This document shows, piece after piece, positions 1 to 7,973 of a stretch of 64,000 nucleotides of DNA. The DNA comes from Lachnospiraceae bacterium (GTDB lineage: Bacteria > Bacillota > Clostridia > Lachnospirales > Lachnospiraceae): the NCBI GenBank assembly GCA_017617395.1, contig JAFZWG010000028.1:8192-72191 (forward strand), given 5' to 3'. The notes beneath the pieces were generated by a model, which was not told the origin of the DNA, did not search any database, and worked only from the letters and a program-made list of their open reading frames with translations. The translations under genes were made by a program, and so were the position numbers. Position 1 is the stretch's first letter; each line of letters starts with the position of its first letter.

Positions 1-53
1 GAAGCGTTCCGTTTCGGAATCCGCCGAAGGAGCTAAACTTGGCAACTCGCGAC

Positions 54-82
54 TTGACGAAAAGCGGCAAATAAGGTACAAT
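54..82 (+). promoter_or_regulatory. sigma-A-type promoter candidate TTGACG-17nt-TACAAT
   Basis: TTGACG at 54-59, a 17-nt spacer and TACAAT at 77-82, upstream of the first CDS. A GAAACCGC/GCGGTTTC hairpin follows in the leader at about 107-131. Confidence 0.5.
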
Positions 83-165
83 TATCATAACTGTGCGCTG
101 CATTCGGAAACCGCGGAAAAGAGGCGGTTTCGCAAGGCCGCGGCAATACGATTCAAGGGGGCTCT

Positions 166-816
166 ATGAACGCCGGCGACATCTTTAACTCGGAAAATAA
201 ATTCTTCTCTGCCATGAACAAGGCATGGGATGTTCTGGTATTGAATTTCTATTTCATTCTGACCGTGATCCTGGGCATCGGCCCGGCGGCCACGGCGCTC
301 TATTATGCAATCGTGAAAAACGTTCGCAGAAGCAGAAGCTATGCGACGACAGAGTATTTCCGGGCATTCCGGGACAACTTCAAGCAGGGATTCATCATCG
401 GTATTATTCAGCTGGTATGCACGGTGTCGCTGTATTTCTGTTATGAGTACGCGATGGCGATGCGCGCGGGCAGCACGTTCGGACAGATCTACTTTGCGGT
501 CTGGCTCCTGTTCACGGCATTGTTTGTCTTTATATCGATGTATGTGTACCCGGTATTGTCACGTTTTTCGCTGACCATCCGCAAGACGCTTCGCATGGCG
601 TTCGTGCTTGCGCTGCGTCATTTGCCGACGACGATCGGAATCACGATGATTCTTCTTGTGATGGGTCTTTTGTGTTACCTGTTCCCGCCGGCATATCTTT
701 TTGCCTTCGCGGTGTACACGTTGTTAAAGTCGCTTCTCATGGAGAAGATTTTGCGCAAATACACCCCGAAGCCGGAGGAGGGAGATACCTCGACGGATGC
801 GTGGTATCTTGAGTAA
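166..816 (+). CDS. DUF624 (YesL-like) integral membrane protein
   Basis: 216-aa ORF with several hydrophobic helices. The N-terminal pattern F.SAMNK.WDVL.LN......GP.ATALYY is typical of the YesL/DUF624 family. A G-rich SD lies upstream. Confidence 0.6.
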   Translation: MNAGDIFNSENKFFSAMNKAWDVLVLNFYFILTVILGIGPAATALYYAIVKNVRRSRSYATTEYFRAFRDNFKQGFIIGIIQLVCTVSLYFCYEYAMAMRAGSTFGQIYFAVWLLFTALFVFISMYVYPVLSRFSLTIRKTLRMAFVLALRHLPTTIGITMILLVMGLLCYLFPPAYLFAFAVYTLLKSLLMEKILRKYTPKPEEGDTSTDAWYLE

Positions 817-866
817 TGCGTAGTAAACCGGAGTGAAAATAACACGTAACGGAGGAAAAAGCGAGT

Positions 867-3104
867 ATGGATGAGACGTTGTACAAGCTGATGAAATGGC
901 CGGAGATCGAGGCGATCGTGTATTCGGAGCACGATGATCCTCATCAGGTGCTGGGAGCGCACAAGACCAAGAGCGGAATGCTGTACACGGCGTTCGATCC
1001 GGATGCCGAGAGAGCGGTTGTGCTTTTGGGCGAGGCGGGAAAGGCCGAGGAGGTCGAGATGGAGCGCGTCGATGACGGCGGGTTCTTCGCGTGCCTTGCA
1101 CCGGAGGGACGGTATCGTTTCCGCTTCTTCTATCCGGGCGGCGAGCGGACCTGCGAGGATGCGTACCGCTTCTGGCCGCAGATTACCGAGGAGGACTGTC
1201 GCGAGTTCAACGCCGGCATTCATTATACCGTCTACGACAAGCTCGGAGCGCATCCGATGACGCTTGACGGCGTGGACGGAACGTATTTTGCGGTGTGGGC
1301 GCCGAACGCGATGCGCGTGAGCGTGGTCGGCGACTTCAACCACTGGGACGGTCGTCTCTACCCGATGCGCAGACTCGGCGGCAGCGGTATCTTTGAGCTG
1401 TTCCTTCCGGGCGTCGGCGCGGGAGAGCTTTACAAGTTCGAGTTAAAGACCAAGGGCGGTTTGACGTACCTTAAGGCCGATCCGTACGCCAATGCCGCGG
1501 AGCTTCGCCCCGGTACGGCATCGAAGGTTGCCGACCTGCGCGGCTTCGACTGGACGGACGGAAGATATCTTGAGGACCGCAAGGTCATCGATTTCAAGGC
1601 TTCGCCGATGTCGATCTACGAGGTTCATCTCGGATCGTGGAAGAAGCCTGCGGAGGAGAACGGAAGCTTCTACAACTACCGCGAGCTCGCCGTGATGCTG
1701 GCGGAGTATGTGAAGAAGACCGGCTATACGCACATCGAATTAATGCCTTTGATGGAGCATCCGCTGGACGCTTCCTGGGGCTATCAGGTGACCGGCTACT
1801 ATGCGGTGACATCACGCTACGGTTCGCCGGAAGATTTCATGTATTTTGTGAATTACATGCACGAGCAGGGGATCGGCGTGATCCTCGACTGGGTGCCGGC
1901 TCATTTTCCGAGAGATACGTTCGGCCTCTCGAACTTCGACGGAACGTGCCTCTACGAGCATCAGGACCCGCGCAAGGGCAGCCACCCGCACTGGGGAACG
2001 CTGATCTTCAACTACGGCCGGCCGGAGGTTTCCAACTTCCTGATCGCCAACGCGCTGTTCTGGCTTGAGAAGTATCACGTGGACGGCATTCGCATGGATG
2101 CGGTGGCGTCGATGCTGTATCTCGACTACGGGAAAAATGACGGCGAGTGGGTTGCCAACATGTACGGCGGCAACGAGAACCTCGAGGCGATCGAGCTTTT
2201 GAAGCACCTCAATTCCATCGCGAAGAAGCGCGTGCCCGGTGCATTGATGATCGCGGAGGAGTCGACGGCATGGCCGAAGATCACCGGTGACCTCGACGAT
2301 GAGGGCCTCGGTTTTGACTTCAAGTGGAATATGGGCTGGATGAACGATTTTACGACGTATATGCGGCAGGATCCGCTGTTCCGCCGCGGATGCCACGGAT
2401 CGCTCACATTCAGCATGATCTATGCATACAGTGAGAACTTCATTCTGGTGCTCTCGCACGACGAGGTTGTGCACGGCAAGGGCTCGATGCTCGGCAAGAT
2501 GCCCGGCACCTACGAGGAGAAGTTCGCAAACCTTCGCGTGGCGTACGGCTACATGACCTGCCATCCGGGCAAGAAGCTTCTGTTCATGGGCCAGGATATG
2601 GCGCAGCTCGCGGAGTGGAACGAGGAGAAAAGCCTCGAGTGGCATCTTCTGACCGACAAGGTCGAGGGCGACGAGGGCGGCACGCTGAACGCCAAGATGA
2701 ACGCGATGGTTCGCGACTTAAACGCGCTGTACGTCTCACATCCGGCGCTTTACAAGCTTGACCAGGATCCGGACGGCTTCGAGTGGATGAGCTGCCTCGA
2801 TGCCGACCACAGTATCGTTTCGTTCGTTCGCCGGACGGAGAATCCCGCGGAGTCGTTGTTTGTCATCTGCAACTTCACCCCTGTGGTGTACGAGAAGCAG
2901 TCCGTGGGCGTTCCGTTCGCCGGCAAATACAAAGAAATCTTCAACAGCGACGCCGTCTGCTACGGCGGCAGCGGCCATGTGAATGCGCGGTTGAAGCAGT
3001 CGAAGGAGGAGCGCGTCGACGGACGTGACAATTCCATCCAGATCACGATTCCTCCGCTCGGTTGCGCGATCTTCACGTGCACGCCGATCCTCAAGGAGAA
3101 GTAA
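867..3104 (+). CDS. glgB: 1,4-alpha-glucan branching enzyme
   Basis: 745-aa ORF with all four GH13 regions intact (DWVPAHF, GIRMDAVASM, MIAEESTAWP, LSHDEVVHGK). SD GGAGGA lies upstream. Confidence 0.95.
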   Translation: MDETLYKLMKWPEIEAIVYSEHDDPHQVLGAHKTKSGMLYTAFDPDAERAVVLLGEAGKAEEVEMERVDDGGFFACLAPEGRYRFRFFYPGGERTCEDAYRFWPQITEEDCREFNAGIHYTVYDKLGAHPMTLDGVDGTYFAVWAPNAMRVSVVGDFNHWDGRLYPMRRLGGSGIFELFLPGVGAGELYKFELKTKGGLTYLKADPYANAAELRPGTASKVADLRGFDWTDGRYLEDRKVIDFKASPMSIYEVHLGSWKKPAEENGSFYNYRELAVMLAEYVKKTGYTHIELMPLMEHPLDASWGYQVTGYYAVTSRYGSPEDFMYFVNYMHEQGIGVILDWVPAHFPRDTFGLSNFDGTCLYEHQDPRKGSHPHWGTLIFNYGRPEVSNFLIANALFWLEKYHVDGIRMDAVASMLYLDYGKNDGEWVANMYGGNENLEAIELLKHLNSIAKKRVPGALMIAEESTAWPKITGDLDDEGLGFDFKWNMGWMNDFTTYMRQDPLFRRGCHGSLTFSMIYAYSENFILVLSHDEVVHGKGSMLGKMPGTYEEKFANLRVAYGYMTCHPGKKLLFMGQDMAQLAEWNEEKSLEWHLLTDKVEGDEGGTLNAKMNAMVRDLNALYVSHPALYKLDQDPDGFEWMSCLDADHSIVSFVRRTENPAESLFVICNFTPVVYEKQSVGVPFAGKYKEIFNSDAVCYGGSGHVNARLKQSKEERVDGRDNSIQITIPPLGCAIFTCTPILKEK

Positions 3105-3107
3105 AGC

Positions 3108-3950
3108 ATGAAAGAATTTATCGAGTGCCTGTACAACGGAGATTTTACGAGGGCCATGTCGCTGTTCTCGGCGGTTGTCGTGCGCGTTTTGTTCGCGCTC
3201 GTGCTGCTGTGGATCGGCCGCAAGGTGATCCGTAAGATCGTGTCGGTGACGGAGCGGGCGCTTCTTGCAAGAGAGCAGAAGGGTATGGACCCGGGCCTTG
3301 CGAGATTCCTGCTGTCGCTGTGCAAGGTAGGCTTGTATGCGATTTTGTTCGTGATTCTGTTCGAGCTTCTGGGACTTCCGATCACGTCGGTTGCGACCAT
3401 CATCGGTTCCGCCGGCCTGGCGATCGGTCTGGCGCTGCAGGGAAGCCTCTCGAACTTTGCGGGCGGCGTGTTGATCCTTCTCACGAGACCGTTCCGTGTC
3501 GGGGATTTCATTGTGGCCTCCGGCATGGAAGGAACGGTGCGGGAGATCGGTATCTGCTACACGACGCTTCTTACGCCCGATAACCGTACGGTGATCTTTC
3601 CCAACGGCGGGCTTGCCAACACGAACCTGATCAACGTCTCGGCGCAGCCGGAGCGGCGTGTCGACATCATCGTGCCGATTTCGTACGAGGATGATATCCG
3701 CGGCGTGCGGGAGATGCTCATGACGATCTCGGAAGGGCGCGAGGGAATTCTCGCCGACCGTCCGCGCGAGGTGTATGTCAAGGAATTCGGCGACAGCTCC
3801 GTGAACATGGTGTTCCGGTGCTGGGTGAAGAAGGAAGATTACTGGCCTGTATTTTTCGGGCTGATGGAAGAGATCAAATATGCGATGCAGGAGCGCGGAT
3901 ACTCGATTCCGTTCCGGCAGATCGATATTCATTTGGATAAGACGCCGTAG
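3108..3950 (+). CDS. small-conductance mechanosensitive channel (MscS family)
   Basis: 280-aa ORF with N-terminal TM helices followed by the MscS beta-domain signature (FRVGDFI..GTVREIG..TTLLTPDNRTVIFPNG). It starts 4 nt after the glgB stop. Confidence 0.85.
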   Translation: MKEFIECLYNGDFTRAMSLFSAVVVRVLFALVLLWIGRKVIRKIVSVTERALLAREQKGMDPGLARFLLSLCKVGLYAILFVILFELLGLPITSVATIIGSAGLAIGLALQGSLSNFAGGVLILLTRPFRVGDFIVASGMEGTVREIGICYTTLLTPDNRTVIFPNGGLANTNLINVSAQPERRVDIIVPISYEDDIRGVREMLMTISEGREGILADRPREVYVKEFGDSSVNMVFRCWVKKEDYWPVFFGLMEEIKYAMQERGYSIPFRQIDIHLDKTP

Positions 3951-3997
3951 CGGCGTTTGTGTTGTATTGTAAGATCACGGGAAACAGAGGTGGAGAC

Positions 3998-6106
3998 ATG
4001 GCGGAGCAATTGACGGACATTTTCGGAATGGACTCGTTCAATGAAACGGTGATGAAGCAGCGCCTTCCGAAGGAGACCTTCGAGGCGTGGAAGACGGCGA
4101 TGGAGCGTTCGGAGCAGCTCACGGGCGACGTCGCGCAGGTGATTGCGGGATGCATGAAGGACTGGGCGATCGAGCGCGGAGCGACGCATTTTACGCATTG
4201 GTTTCAGCCGCTCACGGGAATCACCGCGGAGAAGCACGATTCGTTCATCACGCCGGCGCCGGGCGGCAAGGCGATGATGGAGTTCTCCGGAAAGGAGCTC
4301 ATCAAGGGCGAGCCGGACGCATCCTCCTTCCCGAGCGGCGGTCTGCGCGCGACGTTTGAGGCGCGCGGCTACACCACGTGGGATTTCACTTCGCCTGCGT
4401 TCTTGCGCGAGGATGCCTCGGGCGTGACGCTGTGCATTCCGACGGCATTCTGTTCCTACACGGGCGATGCGCTCGATATGAAGACACCGCTTCTTCGCTC
4501 GATGGAGGCCATCAACAAGCAGGCGCTTCGCGTGCTGCGGCTGTTCGGCCACACGGACGTAAAGCGTGTGGAGTGCTCGGTCGGCGCGGAGCAGGAGTAT
4601 TTCCTGATCGACCACAAGAACTACATGAAGCGTGAGGACCTCATTTTCACGGGCCGCACGCTCTTCGGCGCGAAGCCTCCGAAGGGGCAGGAGATGGACG
4701 ACCATTACTTCGGCAGCCTCAAGGAGCGCGTCGGCGCCTTTATGAAGGAGTTGAACCGCGAGCTCTGGAAGCTCGGCATCTACGCGAAGACGCAGCACAA
4801 CGAGGCGGCGCCCGCGCAGCACGAGCTGGCTCCGGTCTACACGACGGTCAATGTTTCCACGGACCACAACCAGCTGATCATGGAGTGCATGAAGAAGGTG
4901 GCAAAGCGCCACGGCCTCGCATGCCTTCTGCACGAGAAGCCGTTTGCGGGCGTGAACGGTTCGGGCAAGCACAACAACTGGTCGCTGATCACCGACACCG
5001 GCAAGAACCTTTTAAATCCGGGCAAGACGCCGAACGAGAACATCCAGTTCTTGTTGTTCCTTACGGCTGTGCTCGAGGCTGTCGACAACCACGCGGATCT
5101 GCTGCGACTTTCCGCGGCAAACCCCGGCAACGACCATCGTCTCGGGGCAAATGAGGCTCCGCCGGCAATCGTTTCCGTGTTCCTCGGCGAGCAGCTCGAC
5201 GACGTCGTGACGCAGCTCGTGGAGACCGGTGAGGCAAAGCGCCTGAAGAAGGAGGGCCGCCTCTACACGGGCGTGTCCACGCTGCCTTCGATCGGCCGTG
5301 ACGCGACGGACCGCAACCGCACGTCGCCGTTTGCATTTACCGGCAACAAATTCGAATTCCGTTCGGTCGGTTCGTCCATGTCCATCGCGGACGCGAACAC
5401 TACCCTCAATACCATCGTGGCCGAGACGCTCGAGCGCTACGCGGATATTTTGGAAAATGCCGAAAACTTCGAGTCGGCCGTTCACGATCTGATCAAGTCG
5501 TCGCTCGCGGAGCATGAGCGCATCATCTTCAACGGCAACGGCTACTCGCAGGAGTGGGTCGAGGAGGCCGAAAGACGCGGTCTTCCGAACCTGCGCTCGA
5601 TGGTGGACGCCATCCCGGCGCTCGTGACGGACAAGGCAATCGCCACGTTCGGTCACCAGGGCGTCATGTCCGAGACCGAGCTTCGAAGCCGCGCCGAGAT
5701 CGACTACGAGATTTACGCAAAGGCCATCAACATCGAGGCCCGCACCATGATCTCCATGGCGGGCTGCAAATATATCCCGGCCGTGATCCGTTTCACGACG
5801 CGTCTTGCGGACTCCGTGAAGACCGTGACAGAGGCGGTTCCCGAGGCGGACACGAGCGTTCAGATCGAGCTTTTGCTCGAGACATCGCAGCTGCTGCGTC
5901 AGGCGCAGGACGCTCTTACGGAGCTTCGCAACCTTGACGAGGAGGCAGTCTCGAAGCAGGAGGGCCGCGAGATGGCAGAGTTCTTCCACGACCGCGTTGT
6001 TCCGGCGATGGAGGCACTGCGCAAGCCGATCGACCGCCTTGAGATGGTGATCGACCGTGACCTGTGGCCGGTTCCGACCTACGCGGAAATGTTATTCGAA
6101 ATCTGA
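3998..6106 (+). CDS. glnN: glutamine synthetase, type III
   Basis: The ORF runs 3959-6106. SD GAGGTGGAG precedes the ATG at 3998. The roughly 700-aa length and motifs (FTHWFQPLTG, NGSGKHNNWS, NRTSPFAFTGNKFEFR) match GS type III. Confidence 0.9.
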   Translation: MAEQLTDIFGMDSFNETVMKQRLPKETFEAWKTAMERSEQLTGDVAQVIAGCMKDWAIERGATHFTHWFQPLTGITAEKHDSFITPAPGGKAMMEFSGKELIKGEPDASSFPSGGLRATFEARGYTTWDFTSPAFLREDASGVTLCIPTAFCSYTGDALDMKTPLLRSMEAINKQALRVLRLFGHTDVKRVECSVGAEQEYFLIDHKNYMKREDLIFTGRTLFGAKPPKGQEMDDHYFGSLKERVGAFMKELNRELWKLGIYAKTQHNEAAPAQHELAPVYTTVNVSTDHNQLIMECMKKVAKRHGLACLLHEKPFAGVNGSGKHNNWSLITDTGKNLLNPGKTPNENIQFLLFLTAVLEAVDNHADLLRLSAANPGNDHRLGANEAPPAIVSVFLGEQLDDVVTQLVETGEAKRLKKEGRLYTGVSTLPSIGRDATDRNRTSPFAFTGNKFEFRSVGSSMSIADANTTLNTIVAETLERYADILENAENFESAVHDLIKSSLAEHERIIFNGNGYSQEWVEEAERRGLPNLRSMVDAIPALVTDKAIATFGHQGVMSETELRSRAEIDYEIYAKAINIEARTMISMAGCKYIPAVIRFTTRLADSVKTVTEAVPEADTSVQIELLLETSQLLRQAQDALTELRNLDEEAVSKQEGREMAEFFHDRVVPAMEALRKPIDRLEMVIDRDLWPVPTYAEMLFEI

Positions 6107-6135
6107 TCAAAGAAAGGTAACTGAATGAACAAACC

Positions 6136-6262
6136 TCTTGGCGTAATCACGGGCAATCCGAAAGCTTGCTTTCGAGATTGGCAGTGATTATGACAAGGGG
6201 CGAGCGGCAATGAAGTTGCCGCCCGCCCACACGAAATAGAAATCGACATCGTCGATTTCTAT
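6136..6262 (+). other. three consecutive stem-loops in the glnN / ABC-F intergenic region
   Basis: Hairpin 1 (6136-6199) has an imperfect stem of about 29 bp. Hairpin 2 (6199-6227) has a 12-bp stem with one mismatch. Hairpin 3 (6236-6262) has a perfect 12-bp stem, ATAGAAATCGAC/GTCGATTTCTAT. None is followed by a T-run. Confidence 0.6.
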
Positions 6263-6320
6263 GAGTGAGGTTTGTGAATTCATGTTTTTAAGCAGAATAC
6301 ATTAGTAAGGAGACATACCA

Positions 6321-7955
6321 ATGATTCAGGCAAGTAACATCACGCTGCGCATCGGCAAGAAGGCGCTGTTTGAGGATGTGAACATCAAATTCACGGAGGG
6401 CAACTGCTACGGCATCATCGGTGCGAACGGCGCCGGCAAGTCGACCTTCCTCAAAATCTTAAACGGCCAGCTGGAGCCGACGAAGGGCGATGTTATCATC
6501 ACGCCCGGACAGAGACTCTCGTTCCTGCAGCAGGACCACTTCAAGTACGACGCATTTAACGTGCTCGACACCGTTATCATGGGCAACAAGCGTCTGTACG
6601 ACATCATGCAGGAGAAAGATGCCATCTACGCCAAGGAGGATTTCACCGAGGAGGACGGTATCAAGGCGAGTGAGCTCGAGAATGAATTTGCCGAGTTAAA
6701 CGGCTGGGAGGCGGAGTCCGATGCGGCGACGCTTCTGAACGGCCTCGGCATCGAGACCGATATGCACTACATGCAGATGAGCGAGTTAAACGGCAGCGAC
6801 AAGGTCAAGGTTTTGCTTGCGCAGGCGCTGTTCGGCAACCCCGACATTCTGCTTTTGGACGAGCCTACGAACCACCTCGACCTCGCGGCGATCCAGTGGC
6901 TTGAGGAGTTCCTCATCAACTTTGACAACACGGTCATCGTGGTTTCCCACGACCGTTATTTCCTCAACAAGGTCTGCACGCACATCGCGGACATCGACTA
7001 CTCGAAGATTCAGCTGTACGCCGGAAACTATGACTTCTGGTACGAGTCGAGCCAGTTGATGATCAAGCAGATGAAGGAGGCAAACCGCAAGAAGGAAGAG
7101 AAGATCAAGGAGCTGCAGGAGTTCATCCAGCGCTTCTCGGCCAACGCTTCCAAGTCCAAGCAGGCGACATCCCGTAAGCGCGCTCTCGAGAAGATCGAGC
7201 TCGACGATATCAGGCCGTCCTCCCGCAAGTATCCCTACATCGACTTCCGTCCGAACCGCGAGATCGGAAACGAGGTTCTCACGGTTTCGCATTTCTCGAA
7301 GACGATCGATGGCGTGAAGGTTTTGGACGACATCTCGTTCGTGCTCGGACGAGAGGACAAGGTTGCATTTGTTGGTTCGAACACGATGGCGAGCACCGTT
7401 TTGTTCAAGATCCTGGCGGGCGAGATGGAGCCCGATGCCGGCGAGTACAAGTGGGGAATTACGACTACGCAGGCGTATTTTCCGAAGGACAACACCGAAT
7501 TGTTCAAGGGCAGTGAGGCGATTGTGGACTTTTTGATGCCGTTCTCGCCCGAGAAGGATGTGACGTATGTCCGCGGTTTCCTGGGGCGCATGCTCTTCGC
7601 GGGAGACGACGGCGTGAAGCCGGTCAACGTGCTCTCCGGTGGTGAGCGCGTGCGCGTACTGCTTTCGAAGATGATGATCATGGGCGCGAACGTTTTGATC
7701 CTCGACGAGCCCACGAACCATTTGGATATGGAGTCGATCACGGCTCTCAACAACGGCTTGATGAAGTTCTCGGGCGTGGCATTGTTCACGTCGCAGGACC
7801 ACCAGTTCATTCAGACCGTCGGCAACCGTATCATGGAGATTCTGCCGGACGGCTCGCTGATCGACAAGGTGACGACGTACGACGAGTACCTTGAGAGCGA
7901 CGAGATGGCCGTGAAGCGTCAGAAGCTTGTCGTCAACGCGGAGGAGGACGACTAA
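6321..7955 (+). CDS. ABC-F family ATPase (YbiT/YkpA-like), with a degenerate second P-loop
   Basis: 544-aa ORF with two NBDs and no TM segments, and the inter-domain linker QRFSANASKSKQATSRKRALEKIE. NBD1 Walker A is GANGAGKST. NBD2 has LSGGE plus ILDEPTNHLD, but its Walker A reads GSNTMAST. Confidence 0.9.
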   Translation: MIQASNITLRIGKKALFEDVNIKFTEGNCYGIIGANGAGKSTFLKILNGQLEPTKGDVIITPGQRLSFLQQDHFKYDAFNVLDTVIMGNKRLYDIMQEKDAIYAKEDFTEEDGIKASELENEFAELNGWEAESDAATLLNGLGIETDMHYMQMSELNGSDKVKVLLAQALFGNPDILLLDEPTNHLDLAAIQWLEEFLINFDNTVIVVSHDRYFLNKVCTHIADIDYSKIQLYAGNYDFWYESSQLMIKQMKEANRKKEEKIKELQEFIQRFSANASKSKQATSRKRALEKIELDDIRPSSRKYPYIDFRPNREIGNEVLTVSHFSKTIDGVKVLDDISFVLGREDKVAFVGSNTMASTVLFKILAGEMEPDAGEYKWGITTTQAYFPKDNTELFKGSEAIVDFLMPFSPEKDVTYVRGFLGRMLFAGDDGVKPVNVLSGGERVRVLLSKMMIMGANVLILDEPTNHLDMESITALNNGLMKFSGVALFTSQDHQFIQTVGNRIMEILPDGSLIDKVTTYDEYLESDEMAVKRQKLVVNAEEDD

Positions 7956-7973
7956 ACAAGGCGGGGTGATAGG

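Noticed and set aside
1-36. A possible 3' end of an upstream gene (frame 1, stop at 34-36).
   Set aside because: Only 11 codons are visible, which is not enough to support a call.
2736-4972. Minus-strand ORFs of 398 aa and 347 aa (2736-3932 and 3929-4972).
   Set aside because: They are antisense to mscS and glnN. Both are Arg-rich and lack motifs or ribosome-binding sites.
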